Assembly (NCBI GenBank): GCA_903857825.1
Contig: CAIOGI010000010.1
Span: 46,542-110,541 of the forward strand
Source: Candidatus Tayloriibacteriota bacterium
Lineage (GTDB): Bacteria > Patescibacteriota > Minisyncoccia > Phycocordibacterales > PALSA-1337
Direction: 5' to 3'
Length of the DNA stretch: 64,000 nt
The notes beneath the pieces were generated by a model. It saw only the letters and a program-made list of their open reading frames with translations. It was not told the origin of the DNA and made no database searches. This document shows, piece by piece, positions 27,111-35,820 of this stretch. The translations under genes and the position numbers were made by a program. How positions within the stretch are numbered: position 1 is the stretch's first letter; each line of letters starts with the position of its first letter.

Positions 27111-28379
27111 TTATATAGGTAAATTTGAAGGGGCTTGGCCTTTCTTTGAAGGAACACGATAAAGAGTAGGTGCAGCAGCCACCTGACCAGGAAAATGAAA
27201 GATTGTGGCAAGTTCTTCTGAATTTAATACAAAATACTTTTCTACATATGGTTCATAGAAATATGCTCTTCTCTTGTATGCTTCTAGAGCTAGTTTTGAA
27301 ATTCTATTGTATCTGAAACTATTATAATCCTGCCAAGGGTAATTCATTTTTGGATGATGTTTTTTTGCATCAGGAATAATAGTATTTAAATGTTCAGATC
27401 CAAATTGTTTAAAGCTTCCTAGAATGCCACCTTTATTTGAAGCATCAAAAAATTCTTTCTTTGCTATATACATAACTCTTATACCGACATCGAATGCCAT
27501 TTTTGTAATACTTCTTTCTAATGCCTCTACTATATCTTGCTCTCCTTTAGAAATACTTGGCAATTTTGTAAATCCCGTAGCTTCATCCTTTGCTCCAGCA
27601 ACCTTTGTCTTCGGATCTCGCAATAATATTTTATTAACCTCAGCCCTCGCTTGATCTTTCCACTTATCTTCTTTACTAAAAGTCAATAAAAAGCCTTTTT
27701 GTTCAACTCTATGCGATCTAACTAATATTTGTATCCAAACCTGTTGATTATATCCAACACCACCAAGATACTCTATGAGTGGTGCAAGTGGATCAACTTT
27801 GTACTCTTCCTTTGGGTCTTTATCTAGACCGTAATCAACATACGTCTTTATAGGATATGGATCTGGATTCAATAATTTCATCGTAGCCGTCCATATCTTT
27901 GTCTCTTTTGGATCAAAATGTACTGATTTTGCATAATCTTCAGCCTCAGCAACTTCTATTCCAGGAAATTGCGCGTAAAGACTACTTTGAACAAAGTTTT
28001 TTTGATCTGCTCTTGTCCATATGTAAAATCGTACTTGACCTTCTATTGATACCATTTCAAGGGAATACCATGGTCTAGTACCACCACCCCATATTCTATC
28101 AAATGCATTACCCTCACCAGCCCACTGACTTAGTGAAGTTATAAAGAGTTCCATTGCCATCGGAGACTTGATAGTTTCCTTTGGCAATTTGATTTCTAGC
28201 AAAACCGTTTTCTTCTTGAAAATTGCTTCTGATCTAACATAGTTTATCCACAATGGCCAAAAAATAATAAAAAGAATAATAACCAAAATTACAGGAGAAA
28301 AAGTTATTAAAAATAAATATATAGTTCGTATTACTCCAGGATCAATCTGAGATGATAATAATGAAAAAAAGTCACTCAT
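27111..28379 (-). CDS. conserved CPR-type membrane-anchored hypothetical protein
   Basis: N-terminal TM, LLEIKLPKE..KSP.AME, YPIKTY, LNSEELATIFHFP. Confidence 0.75.
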   Translation of the reverse strand: MSDFFSLLSSQIDPGVIRTIYLFLITFSPVILVIILFIIFWPLWINYVRSEAIFKKKTVLLEIKLPKETIKSPMAMELFITSLSQWAGEGNAFDRIWGGGTRPWYSLEMVSIEGQVRFYIWTRADQKNFVQSSLYAQFPGIEVAEAEDYAKSVHFDPKETKIWTATMKLLNPDPYPIKTYVDYGLDKDPKEEYKVDPLAPLIEYLGGVGYNQQVWIQILVRSHRVEQKGFLLTFSKEDKWKDQARAEVNKILLRDPKTKVAGAKDEATGFTKLPSISKGEQDIVEALERSITKMAFDVGIRVMYIAKKEFFDASNKGGILGSFKQFGSEHLNTIIPDAKKHHPKMNYPWQDYNSFRYNRISKLALEAYKRRAYFYEPYVEKYFVLNSEELATIFHFPGQVAAAPTLYRVPSKKGQAPSNLPI

Positions 28380-28382
28380 ACG

Positions 28383-28437
28383 AAATTATTATACCACAGA
28401 GGCACTTCTATTTCACTAATTCGCTGGGTACAGCTCA
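28383..28437 (-). repeat. 55-bp element, copy 2
   Basis: 52/55 identical to 19232-19286. Confidence 0.9.
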
Positions 28438-28446
28438 CTTCTCTCT

Positions 28447-29499
28447 TTATTTTACTGCTGATGTCATTGAGTCTAAGAGGTGATACTTACTATCCTTGTC
28501 TTTCTTAAAGTATTTCTGATTCTGTAAATTAACCATTATTGTATTATCCTTTACATATCTTTCCTTTAATACCTTTTCAATAATTTCATCTTTTGTTAGT
28601 GGACCATACTTTTCTATAATGTTTTTTATAACATCTTTGACAACTCCTGCCATATATCCCCATTCCTTTAGAGCATAAAGACCTCGTCCTACCAAAACAA
28701 ATCTCTTATCTTTTATTAATTCATTATGAGTTGTGGCTACATGAGCTTTCTTTTTGAAGATCTGAGTGATTTGCTGTGCTACTTCCTTGAAGTGTATAGG
28801 TGAACCATGCTTTCTAATAACTAGGAAAGCGTAATCTCTCATACCTTTTGTCTTCACATTTGATGAACTAGCAACACCCCACTCTCCCATAGCATTCTTT
28901 CCTATCATTTTTGATATAGACAACCATCTTTTTATGATTTCTTGATTTTTGTATTTTTCTGAAACACCCTCTAGATGTTCTAGAAACTTGTTGACAATTT
29001 CTGATTCTAAAAGTAGATCCTGATCTGAAAGATTTGAATATAATTTCTTTAATGAAGACTCTACATTCATTGCCAATTCTTCATTCAAATGCCATCTATG
29101 TTTGAACTCTGTATCCTCTTTTCTTTTTTCAAATATATCACCAATAACCAATATAAAATGAATATGATTTTGTAATGATTTATCCTTTGATACATGTCCC
29201 AAAAAATCATCCTCAACGACAATTCCACCCAGTGTATGCAACAGTTCCTCAACTTCTGCGAAAGTAGCCTTCTCACCCTTATATGCATCAGATTTTCTTA
29301 TATTTGCTAGAGCATAATTTTCTATTTGGCGAACACGTTCACGGGTTATTCCGTAAACTTTCCCTATAGAATCAAGGGTCATTTTTTCTGTTTTCTTTCC
29401 AAGTCCGTATCTACTTATAAGAACCTCCTTAGCACGATCTGGTAAGACTGAGAGTAGTCTCTTTGTTGTTTGTTTTGGCTTGAATTGAATTGTTGCCAT
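28447..29499 (-). CDS. sigma70 region-4 HTH + HARE-HTH (RpoE/delta-like) domain protein
   Basis: RYGL...TLDSIGKVYGITRERVRQIE; PIHFKEV...HNELIKDKRFVLVGRGLYALKEWGY. Confidence 0.8.
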   Translation of the reverse strand: MATIQFKPKQTTKRLLSVLPDRAKEVLISRYGLGKKTEKMTLDSIGKVYGITRERVRQIENYALANIRKSDAYKGEKATFAEVEELLHTLGGIVVEDDFLGHVSKDKSLQNHIHFILVIGDIFEKRKEDTEFKHRWHLNEELAMNVESSLKKLYSNLSDQDLLLESEIVNKFLEHLEGVSEKYKNQEIIKRWLSISKMIGKNAMGEWGVASSSNVKTKGMRDYAFLVIRKHGSPIHFKEVAQQITQIFKKKAHVATTHNELIKDKRFVLVGRGLYALKEWGYMAGVVKDVIKNIIEKYGPLTKDEIIEKVLKERYVKDNTIMVNLQNQKYFKKDKDSKYHLLDSMTSAVK

Positions 29500-29523
29500 G
29501 ATTTTTGTTTGATTAATGATTAG

Positions 29524-29552
29524 ATATTACATCAGTACCAATATATTGTCAA
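29524..29552 (-). promoter_or_regulatory. sigma70 promoter TTGACA-N17-TAATAT
   Basis: Consensus -35 and 17-nt spacer upstream of the 29499 start. Confidence 0.65.
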
Positions 29553-29561
29553 TAGAACCCC

Positions 29562-32468
29562 TTAAATGACTATATTTATAAGTTTTCCTTTGATAAAAAT
29601 AACCTTTTTTATCTCTTTATCCACAAGCCACTTATTAATCTCTGAAATTTTCTTTATCTCCTCTCTTACAAAACTTTCATCTGCTTCTATATTCGCCTCT
29701 ATCATTCCCCTCACTTTACCATTAATTTGTACCATTATTGACACTGTGTCGCTTACAAGTTTCTTCTCATCATACTTTGGCCATTTTTCAGTGTGAATTG
29801 ATTTTTTGTTTTTTAGATTTGCCCATATTTCTTCTGTAAAATGTGGGGCAAATGGTGATAACAGTCTTAGTAATATTTCATAATGCTCTTTGCTTACAGC
29901 TTTTCCCTTTTCTATTTCATTTACAAGTATCATCATTCCACTAATTGCTGTATTAAACTTCATGTCCTCAATATCTTCAGTGACTTTCTTTATAGTTTTA
30001 TGAACTAATATATTCAGACTATCACTGTGTCCTCTCAGCGACAATGGATCTGTCTTCGTGGCATAGCCAGTCGACAGACCATAGTCGCTTGCGGACACAT
30101 TACCAAATACAACTTTTTCCTGCAATTTCCAAACCTTTTCTATAAATCTTCTTGCTCCTGCTATGTTATTTGTATCCCAAGCAATAGCTTGATCGAAGGG
30201 TCCCATAAACATTTCATATATTCTCAAGGTATCCGCTCCGACAGTCTTAACAATATCATCTGGATTTATTACATTTCCTCGAGATTTTGACATTTTCTCA
30301 CCCCCCTCAGCTAGAATCATACCGTGAGATGTGCGCTTTTTGTACGGCTCACTGGTAGGTACTAGACCTTGATCAAAAAGGAATTTATGCCAAAAACGAG
30401 AGTATAACAAGTGTAGTGTTGTATGTTCCATACCACCGTTATACCAGTCTACCTGACCCCAATATTTCAACTTTTTCTTGTCTGCAAAAGCCTTATTATT
30501 TTTCGGATCCATATAGCGTAAATAGTACCAGCTTGAGCCTGCCCAATTTGGCATTGTATCTGTTTCTCTCTTTGCCTTTCCTTTACACTTTGGGCACTTC
30601 GTATTTACCCATTTATCAATTGATGCGAGCGGACTCTCACCACTCTCTGTTGGTGCATAATTTTTAACCTTTGGTAATTTCAAAGGTAATTCTTTGTCTG
30701 GCAATGGAACAATCCCACATTTTTCACAATGAACAACAGGAATAGGCTCACCCCAATAACGTTGACGTGAGAATATCCAGTCGCGGAGTTTAAATTTGGT
30801 AACCCACTTACCTCCGACAAATTCGGTGATTTCTTGCTTTACTGACTCAGAATCCTTGCTGTTGAATTTGCCAGAATTAATTAAAAGACCTTTTTCAGTA
30901 CTCGCATTATTTAGATTGTTTAAGCGGTGTAACCAAATATCTAACTCTCCACAACGCATTGTGTCTGGACGAATATCTTTTAGATCTAGCCAAATTGGCT
31001 CATGTTTTTCAGATTCATCTTTACTTACAGTTCCAGAAGCATCGCCGTCCAATTCGAACAATGCAACATTAAAATATGCCACTCTATTTTCATCCTTATG
31101 CGCGGCGAAGAATTCACTTTTTACTGGACCACCAAGTATTCTAATGAATTTTAAATCTTTAATTCCAGTCTCTTCCAATATTTCTCTTCGAGCCGCTGTT
31201 TCAACGTTTTCACCTTCCTCAACTCCCCCAACAACAAAAGTGGTCCATGGTTGCTTTTTCCACTTCAGACACAAGATTTTGCCATTTTTAGGGTTTCTAA
31301 TTATTGCTTGAATGGCTTTTCTTTCTACAACTTTCTTTCCAGCAACATGAGGATTTATATAATCAATTCTTACTGGCATTACTACGTCTCGTATTTCAAG
31401 TCTATATTTCTTCGCAAAGTCCCAGTCTCTTTCATCATGTGCTGGTACAGCCATTACTGCTCCCGTTCCGTAGTCTGCTAAAACATAGTCAGCAAGCCAA
31501 ACTGGCACCTCTTCATTGTTTGCTGGATTTATAGCTTTTACACCCTTTAGTTCAACTCCAGTTTTTTCAGTCTTTGCATCTGTTCTATCAATTTCACTCT
31601 TTGTCTTTGATTCTTTAATATATTTTTCAACATCAGCCTTGTTCGAAACTTTAGCAATTAATTCACCAACAAATTCATGTTCTGGTGCAAGAACTACATA
31701 AGTAACTCCAAACAACGTATCTGGCCTAGTCGTAAATACCTTAATTTTTTTATCATTACCTTTTATTTGAAAGTCAATTTCAGCTCCCTCACTCTTTCCT
31801 ATCCAATTCCTCTGCTGTATCTTTATCTTTTCAAGAAAATCTGTTTCATCTAGGTCTTTATCAAGTCTTTCGGCGTATTTTGTAATAGCAAGCATCCATT
31901 GCTCCTTTTCCTTTTTCTCTACTTTCGTTCCACATCGCTCACAGCAACCATTTATAACCTCTTCATTAGCAAGACCAGTCAAATCCTTTGGACACCAATT
32001 GATAGTCATTTTTTTCTTGTAAGCCAAACCTGCTTTCAAGAATTGTAAGAAAATCCACTGTGTCCATTTATAGTATTTTGGATCAGTAGTATCTATTTCA
32101 CGAGACCAGTCAAAAGAAATACCGAGAGATTTTATTTGCTTTTTAAATGTATCAGAATTTTTCTTTGTAATTATTGCAGGGTTAATACCTGTCTTTATCG
32201 CATAATTCTCTGCTGGCAAACCGAAAGCATCCCAACCTATCGGGTACATTACATTAAGACCCTCTGCACGCTTTTTGCGGGCAATAATATCCATTCCCAC
32301 GTATGATCTAGGATGTCCTATATGAAGTCCTGCTCCAGAGGGATAAGGAAACTCAATCAGGGCATAAAACTTTTTCTTTTTGCTATCCTCTTTGACTTTA
32401 TTTGGCTTTTTCTTCTCCCAAACTTTCTGCCATTTCGTTTCTATTTTTTTATGATCATATTCATTCAT
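29562..32468 (-). CDS. leuS: leucyl-tRNA synthetase with a NUDIX-domain insertion
   Basis: HIGH, KMSKS, CP1 editing motifs; Nudix box GGVEEGENVETAARREILEETG. Confidence 0.97.
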   Translation of the reverse strand: MNEYDHKKIETKWQKVWEKKKPNKVKEDSKKKKFYALIEFPYPSGAGLHIGHPRSYVGMDIIARKKRAEGLNVMYPIGWDAFGLPAENYAIKTGINPAIITKKNSDTFKKQIKSLGISFDWSREIDTTDPKYYKWTQWIFLQFLKAGLAYKKKMTINWCPKDLTGLANEEVINGCCERCGTKVEKKEKEQWMLAITKYAERLDKDLDETDFLEKIKIQQRNWIGKSEGAEIDFQIKGNDKKIKVFTTRPDTLFGVTYVVLAPEHEFVGELIAKVSNKADVEKYIKESKTKSEIDRTDAKTEKTGVELKGVKAINPANNEEVPVWLADYVLADYGTGAVMAVPAHDERDWDFAKKYRLEIRDVVMPVRIDYINPHVAGKKVVERKAIQAIIRNPKNGKILCLKWKKQPWTTFVVGGVEEGENVETAARREILEETGIKDLKFIRILGGPVKSEFFAAHKDENRVAYFNVALFELDGDASGTVSKDESEKHEPIWLDLKDIRPDTMRCGELDIWLHRLNNLNNASTEKGLLINSGKFNSKDSESVKQEITEFVGGKWVTKFKLRDWIFSRQRYWGEPIPVVHCEKCGIVPLPDKELPLKLPKVKNYAPTESGESPLASIDKWVNTKCPKCKGKAKRETDTMPNWAGSSWYYLRYMDPKNNKAFADKKKLKYWGQVDWYNGGMEHTTLHLLYSRFWHKFLFDQGLVPTSEPYKKRTSHGMILAEGGEKMSKSRGNVINPDDIVKTVGADTLRIYEMFMGPFDQAIAWDTNNIAGARRFIEKVWKLQEKVVFGNVSASDYGLSTGYATKTDPLSLRGHSDSLNILVHKTIKKVTEDIEDMKFNTAISGMMILVNEIEKGKAVSKEHYEILLRLLSPFAPHFTEEIWANLKNKKSIHTEKWPKYDEKKLVSDTVSIMVQINGKVRGMIEANIEADESFVREEIKKISEINKWLVDKEIKKVIFIKGKLINIVI
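30026..30099. repeat. in-frame palindromic insertion inside leuS
   Basis: Nested arms TGTGTCC/GGACACA, AGCGAC/GTCGCT, ATGG/CCAT, TCTGTC/GACAGA, TGGC/GCCA; GC-rich relative to the gene. Confidence 0.8.
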
Positions 32469-32504
32469 AAGTAGACAATATCATACAATACTTTTTGAAA
32501 AATT

Positions 32505-32540
32505 AAAAGAAAAAACCCGGTAGCTGTGAGCTGTCCGGGT
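32505..32540 (-). terminator. rho-independent terminator
   Basis: ACCCGG-TAGC...GCTG-T-CCGGGT stem with a U-tract on the minus strand. Confidence 0.65.
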
Positions 32541-32541
32541 G

Positions 32542-32616
32542 TCAATGTAGGAATACTGACAAATGGGTTCCGACCCATAAGAGTATTATGAAGGGAAACC
32601 AGATTTTACTACTCAT
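32542..32616 (-). CDS. unannotated 24-aa hydrophobic peptide (MSSKIWFPFIILLWVGTHLSVFLH)
   Basis: ATG 32616 to TGA 32542, immediately followed by a terminator. Confidence 0.4.
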   Translation of the reverse strand: MSSKIWFPFIILLWVGTHLSVFLH

Positions 32617-32940
32617 TTGTTATTTCTACCACACTATTTACATTAATCATAATCTTAGTCATAATTACACCATCTATTGACAGACTTGTAAATGAGGTAT
32701 ACTCTTATGTTAGATATATTCTATATAGCTTTTTGACATCAGGCTCGTCTGTCTCAATGTACATCTCTCTGTATGTAACACAGTCTTTTTTCGGAAAGGC
32801 GCACATCGAGACAGGCAAGCTAATAAAGATCCTTAGATCCTAAGGCTACTTTTGCAGTGTCAACTAGCTTGATAATGTCACGTATCAAGTTGGTAGAAAA
32901 AAACTAAAAAATACAGAGTGACGAGAACACGGTAATACAG

Positions 32941-34092
32941 ATGAATAAAAACATGCATTTGGTCCTCTCTCTACTGCCCATGCTGATTGCGGCGGGAATT
33001 CTTTTTTTTGGTAAGTTTGAAAGCAGCAGCATGATGATGGGCATTATGGGAATCATAATAGGTATAGCTGGGCTATCAGGAACAGCGATCATCTACTTCA
33101 AACCAAAATGGTTGAAAATCCCAATAATAATTTTTCTGTGTTCGTTTTTTGCGATCTACTCCCCTAGCGGGATGGGTCAGCAAATCCAACAGAGATCAAT
33201 TGATAGCAGCAAGAGTACCATTGTGAATGAAAGCGTTCCTGTTTCCTTCACGATGCTATCTCATCCTACCAATTCGGTAGTGATTACTAGTCTCGACAAT
33301 ACAAACAACACTCGCGTCATCGATGCGGGAGCAGAAGTAATTCAATCAGCAGATGGTGTAATTCAGGTCTTGGTATCTAGGGACGTCACATACACCATCC
33401 TCAGTATTGATGGGGAATCAATATTCCTGATAGATGACGTCACAAATGAGGTCTTCAGGGGACCGAAGGTAGATCTATGCAAGGTCTTGTTCTTGCTGAT
33501 AGTGATCGCCGCTGGAGTCTATGTGCTTGTGAAGGTTGTGAAATGTGGTAGTAGGGTTGTTTCAACTTATGTATCAAACCTGAATAAAGCAATGTTGGAT
33601 CCAGAAGATTGCCCTCCACCAAAACAACCTCCGCTCACTAACAGCACAATGACCCTGATAACACCTGCAGGATTTGTTGCAATGATTGATGAAGATGGTG
33701 GGGACTATTACCACACGACGACCAGTGTAACAAATGGTGCAGTTGACTGGCGCGGAAATCCGATTCTCTACAAGATCGGCACGGCTATAGGGCCAAATGC
33801 GATTGTGGCCGTTGATGCCATGGGAAATATGCACCCATATCCTACGTGTTATTCCACCAACAACACTGATTGGAAGAAAATCGGGCCACAATACCATGTC
33901 TCATGGCTTGGATATTCCACCAATCTCGAGGATGTGGTCACGCACACGACAATCAGCTTCACAAGCGAATGTAAAGCTTTTTCCACAAATTGGTTTTGGA
34001 AAGTCAACGGTGCTTGGAGGGAAATGCGAGTAGGTGACCTAAGGAATTATTTTCCCAAAAGTCCCCAAATGTACTTCAGGGCTGGCCAGTGA
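32941..34092 (+). CDS. orphan multi-TM protein, GC-richer than its surroundings
   Basis: 383-aa ORF with several hydrophobic segments; own promoter, leader and terminator. Confidence 0.75.
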   Translation: MNKNMHLVLSLLPMLIAAGILFFGKFESSSMMMGIMGIIIGIAGLSGTAIIYFKPKWLKIPIIIFLCSFFAIYSPSGMGQQIQQRSIDSSKSTIVNESVPVSFTMLSHPTNSVVITSLDNTNNTRVIDAGAEVIQSADGVIQVLVSRDVTYTILSIDGESIFLIDDVTNEVFRGPKVDLCKVLFLLIVIAAGVYVLVKVVKCGSRVVSTYVSNLNKAMLDPEDCPPPKQPPLTNSTMTLITPAGFVAMIDEDGGDYYHTTTSVTNGAVDWRGNPILYKIGTAIGPNAIVAVDAMGNMHPYPTCYSTNNTDWKKIGPQYHVSWLGYSTNLEDVVTHTTISFTSECKAFSTNWFWKVNGAWREMRVGDLRNYFPKSPQMYFRAGQ

Positions 34093-34114
34093 GAGCCAAC
34101 CTTCTGAGAACCAA

Positions 34115-34150
34115 CACGCGCTTCGGAACTCTTCCGAAGCGTGCTTTTTT
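34115..34150 (+). terminator. rho-independent terminator
   Basis: GCGCTTCGGAA-ctc-TTCCGAAGCGT followed by a T-tract. Confidence 0.8.
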
Positions 34151-34192
34151 ATACAAAAAAATAAAGGGGAGTTTAAGCTCCCCCGTTCCGTG

Positions 34193-34390
34193 TCATGTCT
34201 TACAAATCCAATTTAGAGACCTTTCTCTAACCTTAGATTTTCGAAGTTCTTCAGACTCAGCATACTGACCAGCACAATCATCATCACAAAATGCTTTCCC
34301 TCCTTTGTTACGAACATGATGCTCACCCAAATTCTTACCGCAATTTACACAACCAAACTTAGTTCTAGAGAATGAATAATGTCGTATCAT
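34193..34390 (-). CDS. small Cys-rich zinc-binding protein (TRASH/FCS-like)
   Basis: CVNC...FCDDDC; AGAAAGGA SD and TATAAT upstream; GGGGAG/CTCCCC terminator downstream. Confidence 0.65.
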   Translation of the reverse strand: MIRHYSFSRTKFGCVNCGKNLGEHHVRNKGGKAFCDDDCAGQYAESEELRKSKVRERSLNWICKT

Positions 34391-34435
34391 ACTTTCCTTT
34401 CTGTTTATATATTATACACAAGCCCAAAATATATA

Positions 34436-34620
34436 CAAAAAAGGCGAGAAGAAGGCGACGTGTCCTCCAACTCGCCCAAAGGTTTACGAGCCTACCGAAC
34501 ACTCGTTCAATCCTTTCTCCTTAAGCAACTAGGGAAATCGTGTGAGCGCACAGTTCCGATTTCTTATTCCTGATTTCTGAGACAAAGCGAACTGTCTTGT
34601 CCGTTCAGGAACGCTGCTAG
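34436..34620 (-). ncRNA. candidate structured small RNA
   Basis: TGtTACAAT -10 upstream; stems AGCAGC/GTTGCT, TTCCTGA/TCAGGAA, GAAATCG/CGATTTC; GGCGAG/CTCGCC+U terminator; no long ORF. Confidence 0.45.
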
Positions 34621-34688
34621 TTAAATTGTAACATTAAAGTAATTAAATCCTAAACTCCATCACATCCCGTAAAATAATTCTTCGTATT

Positions 34689-35753
34689 TTAACTTTTTGC
34701 AATAACCGCATAATTCTTTGCAGCAAAAATATATTGCTCTATAAATATCTTTTTAAACGAGATTAAAGAATTTAATTCGTAAAATACTAATATCGCTTCT
34801 TTGTACTCATTCTCATCGACACTACGATATGATAGTGGAGCAAATCCATGAGCAAGTAAAATTGAATTCGCTATCAATCTTGAAGTTCTTTTATTTCCAT
34901 CCTCGAATGGCTGAATGTAACTCAAACCAAGTAACATTACTAAGGCCTTTGAATATGGAGACTTCATTTTATTCACTATCTCACAGAGTGTTTCAATAGC
35001 TTCTTTTATTTGATGAATATTATCAAGTGGTCTATATATGGAACCTGTAACTCCAACAGCTTTATTACGAAGACCATGATCAATATTTAAGTCCTTTATC
35101 AAAATTTTATGTATTTCTTCTATTACTGACAATTTAATATTCATAAATTCATGAATATTTTCTCTTATTTTTTTAAATGCATACTTATGATTAAGAATCA
35201 TCGAAGCCTCAAGCTTATTATGACCCTCTGCTTCTATGCCCTTACTTATAAGTTTCTCAGTGTCTAATAATGTATATGTATTTCCTTCTATTTTTGAAGA
35301 TTTCCATGATAGTTCAATAATAAATCTCTCTAGCTCTTTCTCCTCGAGTGTATTTGAAATCGACTTTATATTATTTTTATATATTTCTGTAGCTTTATTT
35401 AATTCATCTATTTCAAAGTCTAGAAAAATATCCTCATTGATATGGTTAAATAAATCAAAATTATAGCTCTTTAGACCAATTCGTTTATCTGGTTCAATAT
35501 TACAATATTCATGAGCATTAAGATTCGAATATATCCTACCCTTTGTACTTATTGAATACACAATTGACCGACCTGCACCAGATAATGCTAAGAGATTGAG
35601 TGATTTTAATTCAGTCAATTCACGCTTGACTGTAACAAGCGAAACTTCACTTTTACTTTCAAGTAGTTTGTTGTAAACATCAGACGAAGACAACTCTTCA
35701 TTATTAAGAAAAAAACTCAATATTATTTGTTGATTTTGAGCAATTTTTATCAT
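34689..35753 (-). CDS. HTH-Fic family protein with His-to-Gln in the Fic motif
   Basis: N-terminal wHTH-like region, SSKIEGN, YIQPFEDGNKRTSR; start MIKIAQ. Confidence 0.85.
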   Translation of the reverse strand: MIKIAQNQQIILSFFLNNEELSSSDVYNKLLESKSEVSLVTVKRELTELKSLNLLALSGAGRSIVYSISTKGRIYSNLNAHEYCNIEPDKRIGLKSYNFDLFNHINEDIFLDFEIDELNKATEIYKNNIKSISNTLEEKELERFIIELSWKSSKIEGNTYTLLDTEKLISKGIEAEGHNKLEASMILNHKYAFKKIRENIHEFMNIKLSVIEEIHKILIKDLNIDHGLRNKAVGVTGSIYRPLDNIHQIKEAIETLCEIVNKMKSPYSKALVMLLGLSYIQPFEDGNKRTSRLIANSILLAHGFAPLSYRSVDENEYKEAILVFYELNSLISFKKIFIEQYIFAAKNYAVIAKS

Positions 35754-35799
35754 AATCGTATCATTTAATACTCTTAATCGTATCAAAATGATACGATTA
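35753..35799. promoter_or_regulatory. probable autoregulatory operator (three copies of TAATCGTATCA)
   Basis: Perfect palindrome TAATCGTATCA-aaa-TGATACGATTA (35775-35799) plus a direct copy at 35753-35763. Confidence 0.65.
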
Positions 35800-35820
35800 G
35801 TGCAATGTCCAATATTTGGT

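Noticed and set aside
34436-34620. SRP RNA, RNase P RNA or tmRNA identity
   Set aside because: Lacks the SRP helix-8 motif arrangement, the RNase P GAGGAAAGUCC motif and tRNA-like ends
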